The notes: a model not told the origin generated them from the letters alone. A DNA stretch of 64,000 nt from Glaucostegus cemiculus (GCA_976551045.1 CDPCPM010000037.1:25234001-25298000); one strand, 5' to 3'. Counted from the stretch's first letter, positions 26,750 through 38,396 are shown. Numbers and translations: made by a program.

Positions 26750-27120
26750 AGTTCAAGTTCAAGTTTAGTGTTGTCATAGATGTACAGAGTATAAATGCCA
26801 TGGAAATTAGCTTTTTGCAACAGCAGCACAGATATTACACGACAAGGACAAACATAAGTTAACATAAACCTAAATTTTAAAAAATGTTATATAACTTACA
26901 CATGTGCAAAATAAACAACAAAATAAACATAACGACACTAGTGCAAGATTGAGAGAGAGAAAAAAAATCATCCAAGGTAATGTTGAGGTTTTTTGAGTCA
27001 GTTCAAGAGCCTGATGGCAGTGGGGAAGGAGCTGTTGCTGAGGGCAACATTGAGAAGAGGGCTTGGCCTGGATGGTGGAGGTCCCTGATGATAGATGCTT
27101 CCCTTCCCAAGACATCACCT
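26750..27120 (-). mobile_element. Rex1/Babar LINE 3' fragment
   Basis: Reverse complement of NSFFPTAIRLLN coding sequence plus (TTGAAC)n tail. Confidence 0.65.
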
Positions 27121-28104
27121 CTCAAATTATACTTCATGCAGTGCTAGAGATTGTGAGCCTGCTTCCTACAAGGGAGCAGAACTCGAGCAATTACGCCACA
27201 CTATAAATCCAACCAAAAGAACACCTTCTTAACAATAAGGAGGATGTTTCAGGATGAAGACCTTTCATTCGGATCTGACCTACTGAGTGGTTACAGCATT
27301 TCTGTAATTGTTTCAGAATTTGCTGTTTCTTTTTTATTGTTATCTTCTTACATGACTGGACAAATCACAGAACCAGTTCTAGGGGCATAGATTTCTGCAG
27401 ACACAGGCTCAATCATGAATGGTGTAAATTGGATATCATGCTTATATTGCCATTGCACTATATTTTTTGGAATTAAAAATCTGTCCAACATTAATAAATC
27501 AGTCTAATAGTGCAATTTTCCAGCAATTTCTGACCCACTAAAGTCAAAATCCCCTCTGCAGTTTGGTCGTGCATTCTTATCAGGGAGTTTCATTTCCTAC
27601 ACTGATGTCGGTAAAATTTATGTGTCTGTTATTTTGGCAGGATGTTTCTCTTCATTCACGAAATTAGGTCTTGCCGATATTTATTGTTCTTAACTGGCCT
27701 TAAACCCAGGGGCAACTACATTAGGAGTCACTATTGGACCAGATCAAGTAAAGGTAACTGATTCCCTTCTTTAAAGGATAGCAGTGAGTGAGACAGGGTT
27801 TTACAACAATCCAGTAATATTTTTTATTCCAGATTTATTTAAGTTTACACTTTTGAGCTGTCAGGGTGAGATTTGAATTTGTGTCTGCAGATCATTAGTT
27901 TATGCCCTGGATTACAAAACCCACAACTGGTATAACTCCCTTTATTCTTCCATAAACCTCTTTATTTTAAGTAAGTTAAAGGAAGTATTACTATACCAAG
28001 AAACTTTACTTAAGGTTAAGAACTGCACTATCAGAAGTAATGGTGGTTTGGTTGCATGAGAAGTGATAATGCAGATAAAACTCTCATGGCAGAGCTGGGT
28101 AAAA

Positions 28105-28650
28105 TTATAACATTTAAAATACATTTAGGTAGGTATATGGATAGGAAAGGGTTAGAGGAATAGGGGCCAAATGCATGCAAATGGAACTAGCTCAAGTAGA
28201 CAACTTGGTCAGCATAGACGAGTTGGGCTGAAGGGTCTGTTTCCATGCTGTATAGCTTTATGACTCTTTAATGAGAGGTGCTTCCATTGAAACATATACA
28301 ACTATTATGCGGCTTGATAAGGTGACAAGAATTAATGTTTCCCCTGGTTGGAGTGGCTTGAGACACAAGTCACAGTCTCAAAATACAGTGTTGGTCATTC
28401 GGGAAAGATGCAAATTCATAGTCAGGAATGACCAGTGTTGGTCATTCAGAGAGGGGAATCTTTGGATTCACTATACAAGAGAGGCTCAGTGGCAGAGTAT
28501 ATTCAAAACAGAGATTTTTATGTATTTAGGGAATTGGAGTAGATGTGTTTAGTGCAGGAAAGTAACGCTTAGAGAAAAGATCAGCCGTAACCTTATTGAA
28601 TGGTGGCGCATCACAAGGAGCTAAGTGGTTTATTCAGGTTTCTATCATCA
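28105..28650 (+). mobile_element. Two adjacent degraded CR1 3' fragments
   Basis: gggctgaagggtctgtttccatgctgtat tail followed by a second CR1 end. Confidence 0.65.
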
Positions 28651-31263
28651 ATCCCCTGATGTATGAGAAATAAATTATCTCCATGGATCAAACATATCAA
28701 CACATATTTTTTTTGGTACAGACACAAGCTAAATGATACCATTTAATATGCCAAAATACCTCTTAGTCTTTCCAAGAATCACTTCAATGAGAAGCTGACT
28801 TCATAGAGCAAGCCAAAGTGTTAGTTATGTTTTTGGCAGATTCTACAATTCTAAAGATACAGATTACCATTCTTACCAACAACAGGGTAAGATTACAAAT
28901 TGTAACTTTGCAATTTGTCTGTTATGCTTCTGCAGCAGATACTTCTAATTAAAGAATGTTTTCTCTTCCAGTCACGAAAAACTTTGACACTAGGCTCCAA
29001 GAGAATGGAAGCCACTGTGAACAAGCATTTCTGTGGCATTCTTTAATCGGATCTCTTGTTTCATTTGTCTTGTTAGGGCTAGTAATTTAGCACACCTCAA
29101 CACCTGTGGCAAATCCCCCAAATCCCTTTGCTTACTATATAGGTAGAAAGCAAGCCTGCATTTATTCATTGCCTGAATTTCCCTAACTTGGATGCAGTAA
29201 GCTTATTTTGTTGACTCAAGGCATCTCAGAATCCAGCAGTGAGGTTCTCAGTGGCAGCAGAACCTTGAATGGAGAAGCCTCATCTTTGAAAATCTCTGCA
29301 ATATCCTAGCTCCAGCTTTATCAGCCGCCAAACCTCTCAGGGTGCATAAGTGCTTCTAAATAAGAACTAATCTCCTCCCTGCCAATTTAAGTAGTACTAC
29401 TTCCTCCAGACTTTTACACATACCTAATTGTAATTACATAGATTAACAAAATATAGAAACATAATTGAAATATCTATTGTTAGGTATTGTCTTATTTTGA
29501 TCAATGCTGGCATCCTTACAGCAACATATGAAAGGTAAAAGAACTCTGGAACACTTCCACAGAAGGCTGCTGATACTGGGTCAAATTACCTTTTCAGGGT
29601 GATATTAGTAGATTTTATTTGATAAGGCCTTGGGTCATAGGCCATGAATCAAGCTAACATCCAGTTTGATTAATATCATTTATCATATAAAAATGGTTCC
29701 TCTTAATATTAAGAGGAGTGTTAAGACCCAATTGATGGTAAAGTATAAATAATGTACATTCTATAGCAATGATGTTCACTGGAGGACTAGCTGGACATTC
29801 CAAGTCAGGACACCAAGTGGATTATTTGCTCAATTTCTAATACCTTCCTGTTGTTTAGTGTTAATGGCCCAGAAATTCTTTAGTACCTCAAAGGGCACCT
29901 GAACTTGACAACACATGTGGGACCTGCACCAGTTTTGTGCAGCCTTCCCAGGATAAATACTCCATTGCCCATGAGCCCCTTCCACATACAAAAATGCACA
30001 AAGGCCTTTCTTCTACCAGCTTTAGTTTTAAGGACCTATCCAGATGAACAGGTAGTTTAGTTGGTGGGAATGTGTTTTTGAAAGAACCCCAGCAAGTGAG
30101 CAGATTGAAGAGACGATTGTACCTCGAGTTGGGGGTGGGAAGGGGGATGGTCAGGTCATCAGTTCTTTGATTAGAACTTCAAACATCAAGTCAGGAAATT
30201 GATGTCTGGGATCTTCAGAAGTTGTGGCATCAGCGTCAGAGGTGTGATTGGGTGGCTATTGTAGGCTCATAAAGCAATTGGAGCAGGGTCAGGAGTGGGG
30301 TTGGACAGCTGCAAGAGACACCTGGCAGTGGTCCGCCGGTAGGGTGGGTGTACTTGCAATACCTGCAGTGTGATCTGGCTACAATTTGATCAACATTAGC
30401 AACAAGTGGGTTTGGAGTTGCAGTGGGAAATAACAATAAGAGGACTTCTTACCTAAAAGTAGTTCACTTTGGTCTCAATGGCCATTGATCATGTAAAGTT
30501 GATCTCCAATAAGTAACAGAGAAGCAGGCATTTTCTCCCTTGTTAGAAAGCTGCTTCTGGACAAGTGTCCTGCATTCCCTCAGATACAGAAGTTAGTTTT
30601 GTGCGAGAAACATCAAAGCATGTGTTGCATGCCATTTAACATCACTGCACATCTGGTGACCTCTGTGCAATTGGGTGTCATACACTTGTTGAATCCAGAA
30701 TGCATTTTGCAGACAATGCAACCCAGATAAGAAGGACCCAATCACATTCAGCAATTGGGTTTCATGTCCCACATTTGACACCACATAGGACTGTGGCTGC
30801 ATCTTTCTTGAATCAAAACGGAAGGATAGAAATCCAAAGAGGAGTTCAGGGTTCCCTCTGAAGTCTGCTGTGTTTGCCTTCACTTAACAACAACAGACCA
30901 CACACCAGCTAGTCTGAATGTGACTGAGGCCACAGGCAATGAGCCGGAAAGACCTGAGAAAAATAAAAGAAAGAAATGCATTCATAGAGCACCATTTATA
31001 GCCTCAGGATCACTTAAAGTCAAATAAAATATTTCTGAAGTCAGCCACTGCCATAACATAGGAGCTTGACAGCCAAATGCACACTTCAGGCTTCCCCAGG
31101 TGCAGTGATCTATTAGCCAGACAGTACCTTCTAATGTCTAATTTAATAATCTGAGTTCAGATGAAAGGTCATCCCAACCCTTAGTGGTCAGGAGATCAGG
31201 TAAATGAGGGAGAAAGGAATAGATGACTAAATTGATAAATTAGCTGAAGAAAGTGGCACGATA

Positions 31264-31500
31264 GGGCGGCACGATAGCGTAGCGGTTAGCGCGACGCTGT
31301 TACAGCACCAGCGATCGGGGTTCGATTCCCTTCGCTGTCTGTAAGGAGTTTGTACGTTCTCCCGTGTCTGCGTGGGTTTCCTCCGGGTGCTCCAGTTTCC
31401 TCCCACATTCTGAAAAAAGACATACGGGTAGGTTAATTTGGGTTTAAAATGGGCGGCGTGGACTCGTTGGTCCGAAAGGGCCTGTAAATAAAATTTAAAA
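31264..31500 (+). mobile_element. Young V-SINE with intact pol III boxes and CR1-type tail
   Basis: A box TAGCGTAGCGG, B box GGTTCGATTCCC, CpGs retained, V core present. Confidence 0.85.
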
Positions 31501-31939
31501 TTTAATTTAAGGTAAGAGGTGGCTCAAGTCAACCATGGACAGGTTGAGCCAATGAACGTGTTTCTAAGCTGGATAAATGTAACCCTATGTACATGCTGCC
31601 TGACCCACTTAATGGTAGCACCATTTTCTGTTCTTGTTTATGCTTTCTTACAATGTTGGTTGAGAGATAAGTGTTTGCCAATGAACCATGAAAAAGTCTC
31701 CTAATATTTTTCCAAATAGTGCCATGAATCATTTACAACTGCCTCAGGGTAAAAAAGTAGTCCCTCCAACAATAGAGCACTCCCTTTGCACCATGCTGAA
31801 GTTTCAGTCTGGATTGTATGTCAAGATCTTTGGAGCAGGCTTTGACTTCCCAACCTCTGACTCAGCAGCAAGTACCACATTGAGCTATGGCTGACCGGGT
31901 AATCTATCTCAGGTAAGATTAAATACTTTAAATAAAAAC

Positions 31940-32330
31940 TACATGGTTTCCTTCAAGTATCTTCTCTTTCTAGACAGCCCCTGTTGGAAGGATGGCTTGT
32001 ATGGGATCCACAGATCATGCCACGAGTGAGGCAGGTGGTACTTGATCGGGTGGGTGAAAAAGTTATTTTGGATGTTGTGTACTTTTTCCACTGTTTTCCC
32101 TTGGCCTCCGTGTGCTGTTGTTGGAGTGAAATGGGGTGGTCAGTCCCTGCATTCTTGCTCCTTCTCCATTTTGTATGGTCACAGGCCAGGGATACCCATG
32201 AGTTGGAGGCCAATACCTTTTCATCAGTCTTGGGATTTGCCTTCCAGCAGATCAGAGGATTTGTTGCAGATGTGGAAATGGAATTTGGAGCAAAGTGTCT
32301 GATTTAGGATTAAGGCAAAGAAGCAGTTCC
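31940..32330 (-). mobile_element. RTE-clade LINE 3' fragment
   Basis: SWVSLACDHTKWRRS (RTE W..LA.DR..WR motif) followed by a decayed C-terminal zinc finger. Confidence 0.65.
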
Positions 32331-33769
32331 TGAGAAATTTTAGGACCACATTATCCTCTAACAGGGGATTGTTCTAATCTCTAACTTCATACTGATTTGG
32401 AGCTTAATACTTACTTCAGAATCATCCTAGAATACCGAACACTTTGAATCTTTCCAAGAGCAGCAAATGGAAGACAGAGGAAAACAGGGAAAACATCTCA
32501 AATGAACATTAAAAATACTTGGGCATCCAATTCTATACATGAATATTCAGATGGAAAAAGAATACACGTTTGACAAGAAGACAGGAATAATTAAAAGACC
32601 TATAAGAAACTGCATCTCCCTTTTGTTGCATATTTATCACTTTTAATTAGCCAGGCTATCCTGTGAAATAATTATTGCGAGGAATTCATCTTTATAGATT
32701 AGTTTTAAAGAAAAAGTAGGTCAGGCAGCATCTGTGGAGAGAAGAAGAGTTAACATTTTTAGATTATGACCTTTCATCAGATTATCCACCCAAAACATTA
32801 ACACTGTTTCTCTCTCCACAGGTGCTGTTTGACCTGCTGAGTATTTCCAGCATTTTCAGCTTTATTTCAGATTTCCAACATGTGCAGTTCTTTAATCTTA
32901 TCATTTCATAAATTAGTTATTCTCTTAGTCGTTTACCACTCTGTAAAGTGCCTCAGGAAGTTTCGTAAATTGAATGTGCTATAAATCTTGTCTGAAATTG
33001 CAGACGTGCTGATGGTTTAATTTTACATTATGAGTTACAACTTAAAAGCATTTCACATTGGAGAGTTAATGGCTATTAAAAGTAGCTATAATGGAAATCA
33101 TTGACAGCTTAATATTCATCTTAAATTGGAGCTTTGTTGTGCTCATTGCATGTTCTTGAAAATGCATTGGGATTCAGTTATTCAATGAGTGTCCTACATT
33201 GACAAGCCAGTCTCAATGGAAGTCAGAAATATCCCAGCCAGAACAGAAGGAAAACATTCTGTGGCATTTTTGAATGGTATAACAAAGGCTTATGCTTTAA
33301 TGTAACATTTAATTACGCATAAAACACAATATTTCATTTTTTAAAAATTCTGATTCACACCTGCCTCAGTAAGGTATAAATAATAACAGAAGTATTAACA
33401 AAGCAAATAAACAAGGCTTCCATTTAGATTAGGTCTTTCACATTAAAATAAAATCCTAAGACACTTTGAATACCAGGCAAGAATGTTGACCGAGAAAAAT
33501 TGTTGAATTATGGGTTGACAATGAGGACTGAGCTAATGCAGCCAGGAGAATAATCCCAAGATACATAGGTTTAGTAACTGAAGGATTTTTCATGGAGGGT
33601 AGATGAGGAGGTAGGGAAAGGGACAAACAACAGATCAGGGTTGGAAGATTGATGCATACATTCAGGGATGTAGAACTTGAGAAGATTGCAGATAGAATGG
33701 GCAAGTCAGGGGAGAGGTCTGAAGATGAAGGATGAAGATGTTGAAATCTATACCTCAGGGGCATAGTAT

Positions 33770-34665
33770 GTTGTGAGGAGATATAGATAGGTTAGTTGAG
33801 TGGACAAGAAGTTGGCAGGTGGAGTATAATTTGGGAAATGTGGAGTTATCCATCTTGAAATGAGGAAAGAAAAAGCAAATCATTGTACTTCTACAGTTTA
33901 GGTTTCCATGTTTAAGAAGCTGTACTTACAAATATGTAATAGAGACAATGTTCACTGGATAGGATCCTGAGATGAAGAAGCTGAAGTATGAAAGAAATTG
34001 AGCAGGTTGGGCTTTAACTCTTGGGAATTTAGAAGAATGAGAGCGGTAATCTTATTGAAACATGTAAGAGTCTGAGGGGAGTAAACAGACTAGATGCTGA
34101 AAGGATGCTTCCCCAAGTGTGGTTATCTCGAACTAGGGGGTCTAATTTCAGAATAAAGGGTTGTCCATTTAAACACAGGTCTGAGAAAGAATTTCTTCTA
34201 TCAGAGGTTTTGACTCTTTGGAATTCTCCACCTCAGAGAGTTGTGGAGGTGGCAGAGTCACTGAACATATTTGAGATGAATAGTAACATACATTTGAACT
34301 TTGATGAGTTCAGGAAGTATGCAGAGAGAGCAGGAATGTGCTACTGAGGTTGTAGCAACTTACCTGCAGGAGAGACAAACCGGCTCCAGGGACAGGGCCT
34401 GCTTCAACAAACAGGCCAGCAGCAAGAGAAAAAAAAGCCCACGCGTGAGAGCCAATCAGTGACGTTCTGTGATGTCACTTCTGCCCAGAGGGGGCGGGAC
34501 TTGTAACTGGCTTTAAAGGGCCAGCGCGGAAGATTCAAAATAAATTGTTTTGGAATACAAACCTTCGACTGAGTCTAATTCCTAGCTCGGTGAGTAGCAC
34601 CTCGCTACAAGGTCAAGATTGAATCAGCCAAAAGATCTTATTGATTGGCCTTGTTTCTTTTGTTC
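33770..34665 (+). mobile_element. Degraded CR1 3' fragment (host of the solo LTR)
   Basis: SRTRGSNFRIKG...WNSPPQRVVE motifs. The tail resumes after 34613. Confidence 0.75.
34351..34609 (+). mobile_element. Solo LTR (probably Gypsy-type), 259 bp
   Basis: TGTAGC...GCTACA termini and a 4-bp TSD AGGT (34347-34350 / 34610-34613). Contains CCAAT, GC box, TTTAAA and AATAAA. Interrupts a CR1 3' end. Confidence 0.85.
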
Positions 34666-34884
34666 TTTATAGGGCAAGATAACCAAAGAACAAGGAATGT
34701 TATTTATGGAATGTACGTACACCTGCCTGCACACTGTCTGTAGCCAGATGATGAGTGGCAGGGAGCCAGAACAATGAGCACCACAGGCTGCTTCAACATA
34801 GCTTTGACAAGAAGATCTGGAGCTGGACTCTGTGTGGCGGCATCTGTCACTCTAAGCTTCAGGTTAACAAGCTTCACCTTTGTT

Positions 34885-35927
34885 ATCAGAATCAGAATCA
34901 GAATCAGTTTTATTGTCACAACCACATACATACAAAGTATGCAGAGGAGCGATATACCGTCCTCCTCAGGTGCTCGTCCCATACAAAAATAACATAACAA
35001 CCAACAGAGAGACACATACACACTTGGCAGAATGCATAGTACAGATCATTACACCTTAAAAGCTAAGGGGATTGAACTTAAATTCAGGATCAATTTATCG
35101 ATTTTCACTTACACGTATACATGTGCAAAAGACATCAAAGACAATAAAGGACACCTGGACAAAAACATCAAAACATTAACAGCCCCCCTGCCTCACCCCG
35201 CACCGACGACCACCTCCAACCCCCGCAGTCCTACAACCTCAGGGCCCACAGACTATCAACAACCTCCGGCCACAGTCCGACAGTCCGACCACCTCCGGTC
35301 CCGCAGGCCGACGACCCCCGGCTCCTTCGCCTCCGATTCCGCAGTCCGACGACCTCCGGCCCCGAATTCCAGCTCCGCAGTCCGACGACCTCCGGCCCCG
35401 AATTCCGACCCCGCAGTCCGACGACCTCCGGCCCCGAATTCCGACCTTGCAGTCCGACGACCTCCGGCCCCGAATTCCAGCCCCGCAGTCCGACGGCCTC
35501 CGGCCCCGAATTCCGGCCTCGCAGTCCGACGGCCTCCGGCCCCGAATTCCGGCCTCGCAGTCCAACGGCCTCCGGCCCCGAATTCCGGCCTCACAGTCCG
35601 ACGGCCTCCAGCCCCGAATTCCGACTCCGCAGTCCGACGACCTCGAGCCCCGCAGGCCGACCACCTCCGGCCTGAGCAGCCCCCTCACCGCCCGCATCCC
35701 GACGCCACCACGAGGCTCCCGGGCCTTCAAGACGCTGCCGCCTCCGATGAGCTCCGACGAGCCGTCGGAGCCGACAGTACCGACAACGACTCCATAAAAC
35801 GGCGCACAAACATCAAGAACAAAGAACACACAAGAAAAAAACACAGAAGAACACTAGAAGACTAACAAAAAAAGACAAGGACTACAGACCTGGGAGAGGC
35901 CGCTGCAACCAGGTGCGCCGCCATCTT
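34885..35927 (-). mobile_element. Non-autonomous Rex1/Babar-derived retroposon with internal VNTR
   Basis: Minus-strand 5' end AAGATGGCGGCG. 3' end AATAAAA plus (CTGATT)n, shared with the RT-coding copy at 21097-21788. No RT or endonuclease sequence in between. Confidence 0.75.
35341..35652. repeat. 36-bp minisatellite, ~8.5 copies
   Basis: GCAGTCCGACGRCCTCCGGCCCCGAATTCC plus a 6-nt variable segment. Translates as AVRRPPAPNSxx. Confidence 0.95.
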
Positions 35928-36679
35928 CATATGGCACTTCAAGCCGTTCTTCACACTGCAGCTCTGAGGAGGGGACCTAATTTCATCAGACTATAGACTA
36001 CTATAGAAGTAATTAGAGTCCAATGACCTTGTTTTGGTGAGGAAAGTACAGACCACCTCTTGCACAATCATGGACTTGTCTCTGGTTGTGTTTTCTTTTG
36101 CACCAACATCTTGTTTTGCACAGTCTGTCATGGTTCCAAGTGCTGGCCCTCAATTCATCTCCATTGATGGTGCCTCGTTGTGCAGCACATGGATTCCATG
36201 CACTACTAATTGCATAACAACACACACCTGAGCCCCATCAGGTGACTATCATAAGAACCCTGGTTTCACTAGCACTAGTTGCCAGAGTATTGGTCAACCT
36301 TTGGGCATACTTTGTTTCCTGGCTGCTTAGAGTTGTCAACTCCAGAGCAGTCCCAGTTTCACTGTTCCTCTTAGGATTGGATCTCCAGTTTTTGTGTTGG
36401 GACCCCATGTTAGAGCCTCAGGGCAAGATTCCTTCTGGTTGCTGCCTGTGTTTGGTTCTGAGAAAGCATCTTGACTCCAGTCTTGTACCAGTGCACTGCA
36501 TTTGGGTTCTCCATGAGCTCACTCTTTCCTTGACATTGTGAAAGTCTTTTTCTTCACTTGTATGATTTATGTATAATTTATTTTCAGTGTGTTGTCTGAA
36601 TCAATGTGCTTGTGATGCTGCTGCCAGCAAGTTTGGTGGACTTACATAGTGGTCTATGGCAGCATGTAGTCCTGATGAC

Positions 36680-37360
36680 CTAGATGCTGCCTGACCCCTA
36701 AGTTCCTGCAGTGCTTTGTGTGTCACTCTATTTGATTCCAGCATCTTCAGTCTCTTGTGTTGACTTGACTTGGTCACTGAAGCATCACTGTCACCACTCT
36801 GTACTAGAATGGAAAGCCTCATCATGGGAACAGATGCAGTGGAGGAACTGGGAGGGTGCCATCCTTGCAAGTGACAGGGTGATAAGAGGTGTAGTCAAGG
36901 TAATGGCAGGAGTCAGTGGGTTTGTAGAAGATGTCTATGGTTAATCCATCTCCAGCGATGGAGACAGAGACAGCCAGAAAAGGGAGGGAGGTGTCAGAGA
37001 TTACCAAGTGAATCTGAGGGCAGCATGGAAGTTGGAGGTGAAATTGAGCTCAGCAGGAAGCAGCCCCAATGCAGTTGTCAATGTAGCAGAGAAAGAGTTG
37101 GGACTTACCAGTGCAGGCAATATGGACTGTTCCCTGCAGCAAAGAGGCTGGAGCTTGAGCCTATGCCTATGGTTACACTTTTAGTTTGGTGTCCACGTTT
37201 CCCATCCTACCTGGACTCGCCTATCCCCCACCCCCACCATTCCGGTTTCTGCCCTCTTCCTTTCCAGTCCCCATGCAGGGTCTCGATCCCAAACGTCGTC
37301 GCCCGTTCATCTCCCTCCACAGACGCTGCCCGATGTGCTGAGTCCCCCCAGCGCTTTGCC
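36680..37360 (-). mobile_element. Penelope-like element fragment (RT thumb) with opposite-strand pLTR pieces
   Basis: 36822-37007 encodes LPFL...DIFYKPTDSCHYLDYTSYHPVTCKD, a Penelope RT motif. Flanking gatgctgcctgacc...gagtt...cagc pLTR segments. Confidence 0.8.
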
Positions 37361-37371
37361 GGAGAATCCCG

Positions 37372-37379
37372 TGACGTCA
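37372..37379. promoter_or_regulatory. Full palindromic CRE (TGACGTCA)
   Basis: Exact CREB/ATF consensus immediately 5' of the promoter tandem array. Confidence 0.55.
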
Positions 37380-37387
37380 TAAACAAT

Positions 37388-37781
37388 GGGCGGGGCCGGG
37401 TGCGATGGCCCGTCGAGATCCGTTGGGGGCGGGGCCGGGTGAGATGCCCATCGTGATCCGTGGGGGGGCGGGGCCGGGTGTGATGCCCATCGTGATCCGT
37501 GGGGGGGCGGGGCCGGGTGTGATGCCCATCGTGATCCGTGGGGGGCGGGGCCGGGTGAGGTGTCCATCGTGATCCGTGGGGGGCGGGGCCGGGTGAGGTG
37601 TCCATCGTGATCCGTGGGGGGCGGGGCCGGGTGAGGTGTCCATCATGAACCGTGGGGGGCCGGGCCGGGTGAGATGCCCATCATGATCCGTTGGGGGGCG
37701 GGGCGGTGAAATGAGCCGTTATGATGGGTGGGGCGGGGCGGGGCTGGATGAGGTGTCCATCATGATCCGTGGGGGCGGGGA
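37388..37781 (+). repeat. Promoter minisatellite, about 10 units of ~38-40 bp, most carrying a GC box
   Basis: Unit GGGCGGGGCCGGGTGAGRTGYCCATCGTGATCCGTGGG repeated, ending ~60 bp before the ATG. Confidence 0.9.
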
Positions 37782-37838
37782 CACATCCTGTCACCCGTCC
37801 AAGCCCCGCCCCCCCGCCGCCGCTCTTTATTCCGGATA

Positions 37839-38347
37839 ATGGCGGCCGCTGCTTGCGGCGGTTCGCTCCGCTTCTCCGGCCTGAAGCTCGGCGGCCCGAA
37901 GGAGCACCACCATGCGAGGAGACGCACCGACTCCCGGCGGAGACAGGCCGCCCTCAGCTTCCTCAATAACATCTCGCTGGACGGCCGACGGCCCGCCGAG
38001 CTGGTCAACGGCTTGTCGCAGTGTCGGCCGGAGCAGGAGGCGGCCCCCAGCGCCCGGGCGGCCGCCGGTTGCATCGGCTGCCTGTCGGGGCTGCCGAGCG
38101 CCACGGTGACCGCCCAAACCTGCCGGCTGGGGCCCGCGGCGGCCGCTGGGTACGCCGGACCCCTCTTCGCCTCGCCCGGTGACAGCGGTCTGGGGGCGGG
38201 AGCCAGCGAGGGGGCAGGCGGCGGCGGCGGTGGTGGTGCTGGTGCTGGGCAGCCGGTGGCTTCGGGCCCGGGGACCCCACTGCCCAGGAGCGGGCTGGGG
38301 ACAACGCAAGCGGCTGGATCCGTTGGACTGGACCTGCAGAGGCAGAG
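37839..38347 (+). CDS. CABLES2: CABLES2 coding exon 1
   Basis: ATG in a CpG island. MAAAA...DSRRRQAALSFLNNISLDGR is the CABLES N-terminal motif. Ends DLQRQR with AG|GTGGGT (phase 2). Confidence 0.95.
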
Positions 38348-38357
38348 GTGGGTGTCT

Positions 38358-38396
38358 GGGGGCTGGGGCTGGGGCTGGGGCTGGGGCTGGGGGGCT
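38358..38396 (+). repeat. (GGGGCT)n microsatellite, G-quadruplex-prone, just inside intron 1
   Basis: Six G4-5CT units starting ~10 nt after the exon 1 donor. Confidence 0.85.

Noticed and set aside
31264-31335. tRNA gene
   Set aside because: The A and B boxes run directly into a V-SINE core and LINE-derived tail, so this is a SINE head.
34920-34980. Hammerhead ribozyme in the Rex1 tail (CTGAGGA on the minus strand)
   Set aside because: No GAAA or NUH in the required positions. It is better explained as the LINE 3' stem-loop.
35341-35652. CRISPR-like array (36-bp period)
   Set aside because: Units are head-to-tail with only 6 variable nt and no unique spacers. The context is vertebrate and there are no cas genes.
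37025-37646. Repetitive Pro/His/Arg-rich ORFs
   Set aside because: Translations of the GC-rich promoter minisatellite, with no splice or homology support.
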